From Octopus sinensis (Eukaryota), in the NCBI RefSeq assembly GCF_006345805.1, contig NC_043019.1, positions 19,777,360 through 19,841,359 on the forward strand: 64,000 bases of DNA, in the 5' to 3' direction. The notes under the pieces were generated by a model. That model did not search any database and was not told where the DNA came from. It was given only the letters and a program-made list of their open reading frames with translations. The translations under genes and the position numbers were made by a program. Position 1 is the first letter of the stretch. Each line of letters opens with the position of its first letter. Below, piece after piece: positions 1 to 13,363 of the stretch.

Positions 1-2098
1 CAGACTTGGCTCGGAGCTTGCATCATTTTTCCATTCCTAGATGCCCTTGGTGGATCTTGTCAAGAATCTCTTTTTGCATTGACTTGGGTATAATTATTCG
101 GGATCCAGCCATCAGGATTCCATTCTCCACTCATCTATCATCATGGATGGCCCAATATTCACGAATGAGGGGCTGCACCTGATGTCTCTTTTCTGGTCAC
201 CCCTGAATCACCATCTGAGTAAGGAGCTGGAGTTCTTCATCTTTGCTGGTCTCCTCTTTGATTTCCGCTATCTTTGTGGTTGTCACATTTATAATGTGGT
301 GGACCTTTATGCTTAGTCCTTCCATCTCCTGTTTATCATGTGAGGATAGTCTGGAAAGAGCATCCGCCAATATCAGGTCTTTTCCTGGCTTGTACCTGAT
401 ATCATAGTCGTATGTTTTAAACATCAACAGTAATCGTTGCAGTCTGGCTGGTGCTTTCGTGAGTTTTTTTCTATGTATTTATTCTAGCGGGCGATGGTCT
501 GTTTCAATATTGAAATGTCTGCCATACAGGTATGTATGGAACTTTTCACAGCCTTATACTACTGCCAGGAGTTCCCTTTCAATATTTGCGTACCTTGTCT
601 CTGTGGGTGAGAGAGCTTTCAAGGCATATGCAATGGGTTTACCTTCCTGTATCAGTGCTGCACCAACTCCTCTCATAGAATCATCGACTTGGAGTATTAT
701 TGGTTTGCGTCTGTCATAGTATTGCAGAGTTGTCTCCTTACTGATGAGCTTTTTGATTGTGTTGAAATCCTGTGTGTGTGAAGCACACCAATCAAACTCT
801 ACGTCATCTTTGTTTAGTTCTCGGAGATTTGCAGTGTGATCGGCCAGCTTGGGTATGAAGGCTCCCATGTAGTGGATGAGTCCCAGGAAGCTCCTGAGTT
901 CCTTCTTGTCTTTGGGTTCTTTGATGTCTCTGATGGCTTCCACTTTAGCGGGGTCTGGTTTAACTCCCTCTGCAGAGTATATAATTCCAAAGAATTTGCA
1001 CTCCTTTGCTTTTATCACACACTTGTCTGCATTGAGTTTGATACCTGCTTGTCGGGTTTTCTCCATAGCTTCATGTAAATTCAAGTCATGTGTGGTCTCA
1101 TCCTTGCCATGCACTTGGATGTCATCTGCTATTCCAATTGCTCTCTTGCAGCCTTGGTAGGTCTCATCTATTTGGCGCTGGAAAACATCTTGACTCACCT
1201 TCAATCCAAATGGGAGTCGGTTGAATCGGTATCTGCCAAATGGTGTGTTGAAGGTAGTTAGTATCGATGATTCTTTGTCTATCTTTACATTCCAGTACCC
1301 ATTACTGGCATCCAGTTTGCTGAATATCTTGGATCCAGCTAATGATGGTGTAATTTCTTCAAGGGTTGGAATTGGATGGTACTCTCTTTTTAATGCCTTG
1401 TTCAGATCCCTTGAGTCGAGGCATATCCGTAGGGCACCATTGGATTTTCTTTGATTACAATTGAATTCACCCAGTCTGTTGGTCGTGTCACTTTGGTGAT
1501 TATTTCTTTTTTTTCCATTCTGTCCAACTCTGCCTTCAGCTTCTCTTTTAGTTCTAGAGGGACGTGGCGAGGTGGTTGAGCAATTGGTTTGATATTGGGG
1601 GTCGACTGTTATATGGTATCGACATTTCTCAAAACACCCGACTGTATCGTTAAAACATTCCGGGTACATGCTTATCAGTTCCTCTTTGTTTGTGATTGGT
1701 GGTCGGTCTTTGATTGACACAATGTTAAGCTTTTGACAGGTATTGAGTCCAAGAATTGCTGGTCCTTCTGTTCTTGTGACATAAAAAGAACAGTCGATTA
1801 TTTTTCCTTTGTGTGTCCCTGTGATTGTTGTTTTGCCCAGTTGTGGAATCCTGGTACCTCCGTACGCAGTGAGGATTACATCACTTGGTGTGAAGATTCC
1901 TTCTTTGATTTTATTCCCTTGTGTCATGTGTTCTGGGAACATCTTTTTGTAGAGGTTGACAGGCAAGATATCACTCTGGGCTCCAGTGTCAATCTTCAGC
2001 CTTAAGTCAATGTTTATTCGTTTCTTGCCAGACTTCTTTTGTATTCTTATTGTTGTGTATGCCTCATTTTTTTTTCTGGTCGTCATTTCCCATCTCAT
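1..2098 (-). pseudogene. Gypsy pol (PR-RT-RH-start of IN), disrupted
   Basis: ORFs 554..2098 and 197..427. There is a locally frameshifted stretch near 1450-1600 and a break near 430-554. Confidence 0.9.
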
Positions 2099-2968
2099 GT
2101 ACGTTTATTGTGCCGACTGCCAAGAATTCCTCCTCTGAGGTGCTTTGTTCTTGTTGTTGGGCATGTATATATCTTTTTCTATTTCCGCTGCTTTTTGAAA
2201 ATTGGGGCTTGTATTTCTGGGATTTTGTCAGCCTACACATTTTTTTCCCAGTGGTTGGGTTTCCACATGCTTTCCAGTGTGTACTGAATGCTGGACATTT
2301 CTTCCGGTTATTGAACTCCTGCTCTGTACCACAGTACTGGCATGTTCTTTGTTTGCGGGTATGTTTCGTCCTATGCCTAGATACAATATCTACACTGCTG
2401 CCTAGTGCGCTTGTTTGTAAAGTAAGTGAGGCCACTTGTTTGGTAGTGGCTTCGAATGCTCTTGCAGTGTCTAGTGCTTCTATCAACTGGAGAGCGTCCT
2501 TACCTTTGAGGGATTTCTGAACTTCCTTATGAGCACACCCCCATATTAGTTGATCAACAATTCTTTCGTCCTTGTCTTTGAATTTGCATTTTTCGGCAAC
2601 ATTCTGTAGTCTGGACAGGAAATTGTCAATCGGTTCTTGTGGGTCTTGTTTCAGGTCCTGGAATTCGTAACTGTGAATTCTATAGTTCGATCTGGGCTCT
2701 AGGTGCCTTTCAAATTTCTCTAAAAGTGTGTCTGGCTTATTGCAATCCGATTCTGACATATCCCAGCTATTGAATAGGTCTAGGCCCTTCTCTCTCGTCC
2801 ATAAAAGGATGTAGCTTACCTTTTCATCGGCAGTGTTGTACCTTTCAGGAAACTTTTGAAAGCTAGTTGAGTTTTCTGTTTGAATTTCTTAAATGCTTCC
2901 ACGATATCATCGGAGTCCCAGTTCATGATTGCATGTAAATTCATCTGTACGGCGACGGGGGCCGCCAT
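2064..2968 (-). pseudogene. Gypsy gag with degenerate zinc knuckles
   Basis: ATG at 2968 (MAAPVAVQMNLHAIMNW) is out of frame with ORF 2064..2759 (QDPQEPIDNFLSRL, DERIVDQLIWG, CQYCG...CPA). Confidence 0.8.
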
Positions 2969-3060
2969 TTTGGATCCTCGAAGCGATGTTTTGTTTGTTA
3001 AATATCTGGTTTGTTGTGTTCCTGTTTTGTTGTAAAAGCACAGTTTCCGATTAATTATTT

Positions 3061-3073
3061 ACCGCTGCCACCA
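3061..3073 (-). promoter_or_regulatory. Primer-binding site complementary to the tRNA-Leu 3' end
   Basis: The minus strand reads TGGTGGCAGCGGT about 90 nt upstream of the gag ATG. This is complementary to ACCGCUGCCACCA, the 3' end of eukaryotic tRNA-Leu(AAG/UAG) as I recall it. Confidence 0.75.
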
Positions 3074-3194
3074 TATTATACATTGTTCGTTCTCGATGAG
3101 CTGATAGACAACTCAATGAAGGTATTGTTATCGTTTACGTGTTTATTTACTTTTTCTTGTTACACGAACTGTCAACATTCAGCGTAGTAATACA
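3074..3194 (-). repeat. Candidate (possibly partial) 5' LTR of the Gypsy element
   Basis: It abuts the PBS, begins TGTATTAC on the minus strand and contains AATAAA. The partner LTR is outside the window, so the boundaries are unverified. Confidence 0.3.
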
Positions 3195-3429
3195 TATATA
3201 CTTTAGACACAGTTCGTACTGTTTACTAGCAAAATAGTGCCAAAAGAGGGGATGTATTCTACACATGTATACCCACGTATACACATAGATATGTGTAACA
3301 CCTCCATATGCAAAACATGGGTTTATTTACTGTTTTTTGTCATGTCTTTTAGAAAACACGTTATCTCTGTTCTGATTGTTTTGCACTTGCTTTACTTGGA
3401 AGTAATCCTTACGCTCAATTTCGTCCGTG

Positions 3430-4255
3430 TCATGTCTTAATTTAAGTTTCCTTTCACATTATTCTGACACTTGCTGTAGGGTTGCATCTTGGTTATGTTC
3501 CAACTTTGCGAGGATTCTAGTTCTAACTTCTGCATCCTTTTCGGCAGTAAGTTCCTGTGTAAAAATCAGACATTTGAACATATCTGGCATTAATTCGTCC
3601 AGCTTAAACTTCTCGCATTCCATTTTCACTCTTCCAGCACATGTGATGTCATCCTCATCGTTGTTTTTCTCAATGTTCCGACACTTCTAACGTGTGTTGA
3701 ACAATGAGCTTTTTCACTGAAAATTTTACACAATATATTTATTATGTTATTAAAGTTTATGACCGAGGGTTTTCTTGCGAGTACATAATTACTGTATCCT
3801 TCATGTTCTGCTGCCGCCAGTTTTCTCCAGATTAAGCGCGTTTTCATCTCGTCGTCCCAATCTTTACATTCTTTCTCGAAGATTTTCTCATATCTTCTGT
3901 TTTAAGCTTCGAAGATAACACCTTCGTCAGGTTCGTATTTGAACTCTCTTATGGAGCTCGCGACATAGTCTGGCAAGAACACTTTTTCTGAATTTCCTGA
4001 CGACTTCATTAATTGCAGCATTTGTTGCGATAATAATGATTGTTGTTGTTCTTTCAGTTGTTATTGTTGCTGTTTTTTGCAACTCGAGCAAATCGATCAA
4101 CAAATTTTCCATAATTTTTACGTCTTTTTTTTTTCGTAAAATTCTCACAACAAAACTTTGTGAATTTATTAACTTCTCGTGAGTTGTTAATTCTTCGAGA
4201 GTTGTTGAAATCCTCGTCGCCACTGTTGTATCCTGAATATGTTGGATTGTTATAA
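3430..4255 (-). pseudogene. Decayed gag-like ORF of a second LTR-type element
   Basis: Frame-broken translation includes INFNNIINILCKIFSEK and FKCLIFTQELTAEKDAEVRTRILAKLE, which resemble invertebrate Gypsy gag. Confidence 0.55.
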
Positions 4256-4310
4256 CGCATTCTTCGATCTACAGTTTACTTAGTAAAATCAGTAAAGACA
4301 CGACTATCTC

Positions 4311-4816
4311 TTATTTCTCTATTGCCCACAGGAGGCTAAAATAGAGGGGACTATAAAAGGACAGACAAAAACACAAAAGTGGGGACAGACAAAAATCGAA
4401 TCTAAAAAAGGATGAATAAAATAATCTTTTCTACTCTAGGCACAAGGACGGAAATTTTGGAGGAGGGGGCCAGTCGATTACGTAAACCGCAGAATGCAAC
4501 TGGTACTTAATTTATCGACCCCGAAAGGATGAAAGGCAAAGTCAAACTCAGCGAAACTCAGAACGTAAAGACAGCCGAAATACCTATTTCTTTACTACCC
4601 ACAAGGGGCTAAACATAGAGTGGACAAACAAGGACAGACAAACGGATTAAGTCGATTACATCGACCCCAGTGCGTAACTGGTACTTAATTCATCGACCCC
4701 GAAAGGATGAAAGGCAAAGTCGACCTCGGTGGAATTTGAACTCAGAACGTAACGGCAGACGAAATACGGCTACGCATTTCGCCCGGCGTGCTAACGTTTC
4801 TGCCAGCTCGCCGCCT
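4311..4816 (-). mobile_element. Two tandem tRNA-derived SINE copies (family A)
   Basis: The copy at 4583-4816 starts AGGCGGCGAGCTGGCAGAAACGTTAGCA, has the B box GAGTTCAAATT and the core GTCGACTTTGCCTTTCATCCTTTCGGGGTCG. A 5'-truncated sibling occupies 4311-4581. Confidence 0.9.
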
Positions 4817-4879
4817 TAAGGATGAATAAAATAATGAAAATAAAATGAAAAATGAAATGAAGCCACTCGACCCCACATC

Positions 4880-6430
4880 CGGGCGATTTCATTTTTCTTT
4901 GTTATAAACGATGAATTACGTCATTTTAAAACTTTTTATCACTTAAAATGTCTATTTGAAATGTGTGAATAAGTTGGTAACAAGTTGGTAATAAGTTGGT
5001 AACAAGTCAGGAATGAGCATCGTCCTCGTAGTCTTGGTTTGTACCTGGTGTCCGCCAGGGTTCCCCACCACAATGTACAGCGCTCTCCCTTATCAGTCGG
5101 TCCTGACTGTTTACCTTCTTAATTTGACATATCGTAAAAGACAATACTTTTTTCCACAGGGTGGGGATTGGGAAGTCTGAGTCTCCTGTGTGATTGTAGT
5201 TAATTTATTAGTGTCAGGTGGGGTATGGTGAGGGTTGGTGTCTGTAGGGGAGGATGGGGCAGAGTGAGTGGGAGTGGGAGTCAGGTGAGTGAGGGATTAG
5301 GGTCATCATTCACAAACTGTGCCTTCTTCCTTCTCTTTCCGCTCCTCTTTCCCACCCATCCCTTTTCTTTGTTTTCTCTTTCATCTTCGGTGCTAATTTC
5401 TCTCCCACTGGTATCGCCGGCGGTGGAGGCGCAGTTTCTTTTTTATTCTCAGGAGCCTCTTGTGTCCTTAATGGTGGAGGACATTCCACTCTAATGTGGC
5501 CTTTTTGGCCACATTTGTAGCATCGAAAGATCCTACCTTCCACTCTAACCTACTGTAATGGTTTCAACCATATTTTCCAGGTCCTCCGGGGCTGCCTAGA
5601 TTACCATATCCAGGCTCTGCCCATGCCAATTTTTATGTGCAGTGCTGGTGGCTTGGAGTACCACTATTTTTTCTTCAAGGCCCAGTAGTACAGCAGCTCC
5701 TAGCCAGGCCACATCTATTTCCGGAGGTGGGGACGGCTTCTACCCTTGCCCTAGAAGCAAACCTTCTAAGGTATATGGGCAGAAGTACCACCTCATCGGT
5801 TTTTAAAGGGGTTGCCGAGTGTAGCCTGGCTGTAGCTGCATCTCGGAACCGCATCTCGGGACCTCATGTCGGAACTGCACCGAATTTTCTTCCTCTGGCA
5901 AGGTAGGATATTCTCTGCCAGATGGGTTTTAGCGCCTTTTCAATCTGATTTTTTGTCATAATTTCAATTTTCCTAGTTTTAACACTAAGTCCTATATAAC
6001 TAAGACTATATAACTTTTTCCTTCATTTTCTGTATGGCTTCTTGGGAAGGAGTCACCTTTACGTCGAGCCCCTGCCAACGCAGCATAATCTTGTATTTAC
6101 CGAGTTCTTTCATATCAACATTAATTTCTTTGTTGTGGATTTTTGCCACGGCCGCAAAATTCATTTTATCCTCTTTCTTGTCTACTACAGAAATTGCTCT
6201 GAGCAATTCTTCCTCGGAAGTTGTGAATTCCGAGGAACTCAGATTGTCATATTCCATTTCACAACTGGGCTACCCACTTCAAACAAGGGGGAAAGCGGCA
6301 ACAAAACTGCCGTAAGGCAGCAAAATAAGCGTCTTATGATAGAACAATTAATAACAGAAATACAACTGGATAAACATTTTGACTAACCTTTAGAACAATG
6401 TAACAAATTCAGACACGACTATCTCTGTCC
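4880..6430 (-). pseudogene. L1/Tx1-like ORF1 relic with a CCHC knuckle
   Basis: ORF 5310..5543 contains CYKCGQKGHIRVEC, and ORF 6006..6257 continues upstream through broken frames. No RT or PBS is attached, so the clade is inferred. Confidence 0.5.
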
Positions 6431-6559
6431 ACCTACTACGTACTCTCTTTACTTATAGCGACTAGGTTATTCCATTCGTCACGTGGGAGGGGTGTACCAT
6501 TATTACTAATTCCGTACAACAATTAGTGTGCAGGTACTCTGAGAATACAATTGTCTCGT

Positions 6560-7590
6560 GTGACTCAAAGGATGCTTGACTGGCTTACCTAAAGAGAAGC
6601 TTGAAAGAGAAGCAGGCATCATACCAGTAAAAAGCAATTTATATTCCATAAGCTAGAGGGCAACAACAGCAATGACAGGAAGAATAGCTTTTCCTGAATC
6701 TACGATTTATACATTACATCCCACCAGAAGGATTTGCTTTTGTCATCCAGGAACAGGAGATAGCTACTAAATACCTGATAAACAAGAGGGACAAAGATAT
6801 CACCAAACCTCCACGTTGTGATAAAAATTGTCGGCTCTTCTATACCAGCATAGAAAGTACCAGCCACATCACCAACAGCTTCCCAAAAATATCTACGAGA
6901 TACTACGTGCTCCTGAAGCATGATATAGTTGCAAAAACTATGCGCAAGGCTATCCGCAAGGACTACCCGAAGAATACATCAAAGGCATGTCAGAACCAGC
7001 AGGTCTCCACACTTTTAAAAACAAGGAATACTAGTGAAACACTCCAATAAAAACTTCAATCCGGTGCAAGCATAACAGACCTGATATTGTTCTGTGGGTC
7101 AAGGAACAAAAGTCATGCACTCTTGTAGAGGTCAGCTGCACAGCAGATGTGAATGTACAATCAAAAGTCTAGGAAAAATAGAAGATTATGGTGAATGAAT
7201 GCGGAACTTACAGCCCTTGTACCCTGACTACAAATGAGAATATGTACCTATCATCTTAGGTGCATTAGGCTATGTACCAATAAATTTGCACAAAAACCTA
7301 CAATTACTCTCAGTTTTACGAAGAAAGAGCGAAAGAAACTGTCGCGGACCTCCAAATCCAATCTATTAATAGAAACTGAAAATTTGTAAAACATTCCAAA
7401 AATTCTCAATCTGAGATCTTTATCTGAATAGACACACACACTTGGGTATGCATCGACAGTGCAACCAACACACCAACTCAAAAATCTTATTCACAAACCG
7501 AGAATTATCTTAACAGGAAAAGTCTTGCCGCCCTGTTAGCGACTTGTTTGAACTCCTTCAAGAAGCACTTAAATAAAACTCAAAGTATAT
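6560..7590 (+). mobile_element. 3' part of an R4/Dong-type non-LTR element with restriction-like endonuclease
   Basis: Broken translation gives CDKNCRL, KHDIVAK, HNRPDIVLW and LVEVSC. A 3' UTR follows and ends in a TA/TG microsatellite. Confidence 0.8.
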
Positions 7591-7739
7591 ATATATATGT
7601 ATGTATGTTTTTTTTTATTTATGTGTGTGCGCGTGTGTGTGTGTGTGTGTATGTGTGTGTGTGCAAAACAAAGAGAAGACAATAAAAAACCAACCTATGC
7701 AAGGAAGTAGACTCTTTCAGTGGGACTCAAAATTCCCTC

Positions 7740-8040
7740 AACTATTTTGTTTAGCTCTGATTATTTGAACGAATACACCGTTGCGTGTAAATGCTGCAGA
7801 TAGAATAAAAACCATTATAAATAGCTGAAAGAAAACTACAAAAAAGTCTTCGTATATTCTAAATTCGACGGAGACAAAAAGTATGAGAATCGCCAAATGT
7901 GCCAAAACTGATTTAAGAAGAGACAGATTAAAGCTGAGAATATGAAAGCGATTACAGAAGCAACGGGAATTAATGAGACTGACAAAATTGCAGTAAAACG
8001 TAGGAAAAAGACTAATATTGGTTTCAAATGTTGGGGACAA
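7740..8040 (+). pseudogene. Possible RTE-like LINE thumb fragment
   Basis: Only weak resemblance to LINE C-terminal sequence (ILFSSD, IAVKRR...FKCWG), with many stops. Confidence 0.25.
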
Positions 8041-8084
8041 GACCAGTAATTTTGAAGCAGCGGGTAAGTTGATTAAATCTACTC

Positions 8085-8170
8085 CAGTGTTCAACTGGTA
8101 CTTATTTTATCGACCGCGATATGATGAAAGACAAAGTTGACTCTGGCAGCATTTCAACTCAGAAGTTAAA
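8085..8170 (-). mobile_element. SINE family A fragment
   Basis: ACTGGTACTTATTTTATCGACC...GATGAAAGACAAAGTTGAC matches the 4583-4816 copy. Confidence 0.75.
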
Positions 8171-8469
8171 TAGTCGGACTAATATTAAAGATGAAAGTTG
8201 ATGCAAGAAACAAGATGATAAATATACAAACACTATTTACCCCAGATATACGTTACAGTTTCAACATAATTTATTAGAAGACATCTAAATCGAGAAGCTT
8301 AAAGAAAATACTCTAGAAACTATTGACAGTATAAAGATTGAACATATCTTTGTCCACAATGGAAACCATTACGAAATAACCACAGTAGGACTACAAAAGT
8401 ATTTCGAAGCAAGACAAGTGAAGATTGATAATTATAACAAGGAGTAATAATTTAAGACTTTTCGTTCTG

Positions 8470-8568
8470 GGCGCTGGTATAGCTGTGTGGTCAAGATGCT
8501 AGCTCTGCAACCACGCGGTTTCGGGTTCAGTCCTACTACATAGCACCTTGAGTATCATCTACTATAGT

Positions 8569-8607
<39 letters not shown>

Positions 8608-8745
8608 GTCGGTCACACAGTTTCTGTCTACCAAATTCACTCACAATATCATTAGTCAGTCCGGGAGTGTAGTAGAAACACTTAAGATATTGCGCAGTTG
8701 GACTGAGCCAGAAACTATGTTCTTGTAAAATGAGATTCTCAACCC
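8470..8745. mobile_element. Two decayed SINE family B pieces, tail to tail around (TATC)n
   Basis: A plus-strand head (GCTGTGTGGTCAAG...GGGTTCAGTCC) at 8470-8570 and a minus-strand piece at 8606-8745 both resemble the 44057 copy. Confidence 0.65.
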
Positions 8746-9329
8746 AACAGATATGTCTGCGTCTATGATAAAAAGAATTATGAACTAAAACAGACACAGC
8801 ACTAGTGCTCTTAACGTTAAAGTATGGCTCTGCTAAGTATAAACCACATGCAATGCCAAACAAATTTTAATTCAATGACACAACTCAAATTCAAACAGAG
8901 CCCTCTCTGAATACGACATGTAAAATTCATCCCAATAACACAACTTATATGACACACATTTTACACAACCAACGCTTTAAAAAAACAGCTGCGCACATAT
9001 TCTTACGCAGTTGATATCTGGGAGTATAACACCAGCAACTCTAACATATATTCTACACAGTTGCAAATCATTGATGCTACATGAACCATCCATCCACATA
9101 CTCTACACAGTTACCATCCGATTTTGAAATATGTAATACTAAGTTACACAGTATACAACAAAACAACCATCACCCCATAGAATAATGCAAGTGGATTAAG
9201 ACTTGGCGGTCAGGTGGTAATTAGATAACAGAGACCACGCATGACTTAGGGTTAGGGTTCGCCATCTTTGTTCACAATCCCAGTTCCTGTTCACTTGGAG
9301 GCTGGGATCGAAACTTCAAACAACTTAAA

Positions 9330-10360
9330 CGTTCTGTCGGTCTAGTGCTGAAACTACACTGGCCAGTAGCTGGACTTACCTCTCCAACTGCCGAATTGCA
9401 AGATCTCTCGTTCTTCCTGGTTAACTTTTGCCCTGACGCTACCTCATATTCCATTAAAATGATACTAACAATCTCGGCTTCTGTAGTTTTCTACACCATT
9501 AAGTGATGCCAAACTGACATCCAGTTCGAATGGAATTCCTCTCAACACCACGAATTTTCGCGGTAATGACTCAAAAGTCAATATATATAGATGAGAAAGG
9601 AGACTTTTGACGGACCGATTCGAGGGCTTTTTAGCCTGATCGCCGAGCAGATCTCAATGTTCATAGAAGCGAACCATCTTCTGTAAACGAGACCGAGACC
9701 GGCTGCATTCGGGACATTCACCAAGTAATGATGATCGAATCTATCGAAACTATGATGATGGAATCTATCGAGATTCAAATTGATCAAAACCTTGTATAGA
9801 CCTGGCCAAGATCTCGCAGTTCTGCATTTTCCCGATCACACAAGGCAGCTTGCATCAGTATCTTTGTACCCGCATCAGAGTTGCTCAGCGCCTTAGTCTC
9901 CGTATGTGTAAGACACGTAAATGCTATTGAGAATCTATTGTCGATGAATTTGGAATGCACCTGCTCTCGTGTCGTCACACTGCTTTGAACAATGTTATCA
10001 AAAGAAGCCTCAACGCTGCTGACTTCACTCGACATCGGTGACAATAGGAATACGGACTCTTTTCTTATTTGACGGAAAGCCACTCATCTGGAACGTCACG
10101 TGCCAACTATGTCGCTTCGACCACAAATCCAGAAGCTACTTTCCGTGATACAAAGAAGCGGAAGGTGACTAAACAGTCACTGATCAGCAGATTCTTTTAT
10201 GCGCTGGTCGCCATTGAAACTTTTGGTGTGTTTTGTGTCTAGACCGGCGTCAAATTGGGATAAAAGCATTGTGACTAAGAAAACAACCGAGATAGAATGG
10301 CTGATGCAGTTGATATTGCTTGTTATTCTTGGCGGTTACAGTTTTGCCATTTAGTCTGCA
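9330..10360 (+). mobile_element. Decayed CRE-clade non-LTR retrotransposon (RT end plus RLE)
   Basis: Broken translation gives YIDE..DGP, RISVAQRLSL, VDEFGMHLLSCRH.ALNNVIKRSL, GKPLIWNVTC and LVAIETFGV, matching the CRE-type zinc knuckle and RLE layout. Confidence 0.7.
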
Positions 10361-11789
10361 GGGCGGAGAGATGAATTGTTCAACAGAAGGTGTGGAATGT
10401 GTGTATTGTTTTCTTTTCTGGGCTTGTTTTGTTTTTACTGTATGCGTGTATTGAATATTAGCAAGGATTGAACCGAAAATGTATTTATTCTGATAGAGAT
10501 CTCAAACCCTCTTCACTAATACATTGTCCAGAGAATGGTGAAGAAACTGTTGACGTACAAGGACTTTTAAATTGATATAAGTAGGATGTGGGATCTGGAA
10601 CTGAAAACAATATCGCTATTGTTTCTAACTTATACAAGGGTACTGATTTTAAGCAGAGGGAAACTAATCGGTATTCCATCCCCAGCACTTAATTGGAACT
10701 TTAGTTTGTCGATACTGGAGGCAAAAATTGACCTTAGAGGGATTTTTAAAACCCAAAGTGTAAAGATTCAGAAGAAATACCGCAAATGTAGCATTTAGTC
10801 CGATGGTGTAACTATTCTCCATCACAAGATCCAGTAGCTGTTGCAGTGTGATGGCTTGTATGCCTTAATAATCCTGAGAGCTATGCGAGTGAAACGTAAT
10901 ATCCTGGAAAGTATTCCCATGCTGGGCAGAAGCTAAAAAGTTACAGGAGCACAGGTAATAATTCAAAACCAACAAAACTTGAAAGAGGAAGGAAAAGAAA
11001 GTCCAGAGTCAAGAAGAGTGGAGAAAAGTCGTAGATGACCAGTGCTCTATAGGGCTTAAGCAGAAGCAGGGAACGATTCTGCCAATCCACCCGCCTCTCA
11101 ATAAGTGTGCTTTTAGAAAACATGAACAAAAACATTGAAGAAAAAATTCTATTCTAGGGTAAACATGATTTACAGCCTACATCCTTTGCAAAACACTATC
11201 AGTTCACTAGCATAGCACAACGCAAGTAGTACACACTGCACAAAGCACATCCCTTAGCACAAGCACCACACCAATAAAATTAAATACTGTCGGCGGTTGT
11301 GTTGTTAAGCACAAACCTCACTACGCAGCAACCACGTCTTCCACTCTAGCCTCGTGACGATGATTGCTTTGGGAGTAAATGTGATAGACGGAAACTGTGC
11401 AATGTTATTACCAGTCCAAATATGTTTGAGGGCACGGTTGGACTGGAGAACAAGCCATTCACTGGGTTTTGCTATGGAGAAAATGTCTCGCTGTTGACAA
11501 ATGGTGTGGATACACCTAAACCAGATCGCAGTACCACCAACCTAAACTTTATATATATGCGTGCGTGCGCACGTGTGTTTGTGTATATGTGTGTGCGTAT
11601 GTATGTATATATGTATGTATGCATGTGTGTGTGTGCGTGTAGGGGGTTTGAATAGAGAGTATGCAGGCAGACAGCAAGCATTCGGACAGATGGGATAGAC
11701 AGCAAATTCTTCTTTTTTATCCATGCGGAACCTAACCAAAGAGATTCAGAAGAGTATCTTGGCAATCACACGGAACCAACCTCAGTGCA

Positions 11790-13249
11790 AAACCTGTCCT
11801 CCTCACTATCATTAACCCATGAATCTCTACCAAGACCTCCAAAAAAAGTCTAACCAGGCCAATACTCCAGTCTCAACATCCTTGCTCAATGTACAAGGCA
11901 TCTGCACACCCTTCCATGCAAAAAGATGGAAGGTCCAATTCATTGAGGACTCGGTTACCGACCACACTCATCACATTCCCTTCTTCATCCTTACTGAAAT
12001 CCACCTTAACAACTCCCAACTGGAAGCTGAAATAAAAGTAAGGAATTTCACCAAAATTCGAGCAGACCGCATCGGTAGAAGAAAGCTGGGAGTCACCATT
12101 TTCCTGCATCACTCATTTACTGCAGAAACAAATGTCTCATTTTCAAATGGCAATTGTGAATCAGTATCTGTATACAATAGAACGAATGATTTAGCAATAA
12201 ATGGGCTCTACAGGCCACCTCATGCAACACTATTGTGCTTCAAGGACTGCCTCATGAATATCAAGTCTTTCATCCAACAATGTCATCCTGATAATGACGG
12301 GTGACTTCAATTTCCCCTGTGTTAACTGGTCTACTCATACCCTGAAAACTGGTGCGTGCATTTCCACTTCAGACAAAGCCGCGGTGGAATCGCTATTTCA
12401 ATTTCTGGATGAGTTTTTCCTGTCCCAACTCGTGCTCGTGCCAACGAGATTCAACAAGAACTTTCTGGATTTAGTGCTAAGCAACCACACAAACAATATC
12501 CACGATATTACAGTGGGGGAAAAAACTCTTCTTTTCAACCACGATATGGTTATCTGTCGCCTAAGATTTTGGCAGCCAATTGCGTATCCGAGTGATCGCA
12601 ATCCCTCACAACCCTTCGATCTCATGGATCTTCACAAAGGTAACTGGTCTGCAATCAACCATGCACTCTCACTCATTGATTGGTCTTTCGCAGATTTCTT
12701 CACTCCAAAAAGCATTGATTTATCATGGCAGCTATTTATCGACATTGTCACAAAAATATGTCTACACAACACCCCGCTATGGTCCATGAACAAGACAAAC
12801 TACGGACTAACACGTCCCAGAAAATCACTCATACGTAAGATACAAAGAACGAATCAAAAAATCAACTGGCTAAAATGTTGCCAGCTGCAACACTCCCACA
12901 TGGCAGATATAGACTAGCTAGAATCAAGGAAACACCATTTCCAAAACTGTTTGGAAAATGTTATTGACGATCAAAATGTTATTGACGATCTGGGCCACAG
13001 ATGAAATAAAAGCCAACCCGAAAGTGTTCTTCTCATTCGCTAAAACGCATAAGGTTGCAGTCTCATCTATTTGACCTCTGATTGATGAAAACAACACACT
13101 GCAAAGTGACACAGAGGACATGGTCGAGATTCTGCAGAAGTAATACTGCTCCGCTTTAAGCAATCCGGATATGATTAATCTGAACCCTGAGCACACCCTG
13201 TGTGGTATATCATTTGGTGTCCCAGATATCATTACAGTTATAAATAAAA
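11790..13249 (+). mobile_element. CR1-clade LINE, 5' half (apurinic endonuclease and linker)
   Basis: APE motifs LLNVQG, ILTEIHL, GLYRPP, GDFNFPCVNW, PTR and LDLVLSN in ORFs 11819..12304 and 12294..12917. Confidence 0.9.
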
Positions 13250-13312
13250 CTAGCTGAAGGTGACCCGTTCTACGCGCGGGTAAGAGTGTGGTATATATAT
13301 ATAAATGTATAC

Positions 13313-13363
<51 letters not shown>

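Larger units (their letters stand above)
1..3073 (-). mobile_element. Ty3/Gypsy LTR retrotransposon (gag-pol), running off the window start
   Basis: Order on the minus strand is PBS, gag, protease (LKIDTGAQ), RT (YHPIPTLEE, FSKLDASNGYW, RLPFGL, IADDI), RNase H (LQVDDS, ERELLAVV, LADALSRL), then the start of the integrase zinc-finger region near position 1. Confidence 0.95.

Noticed and set aside
10485-11135. Possible host exon or transposase remnant
   Set aside because: All frames are broken by stops and I could not recognise any motif, so it is left unannotated.
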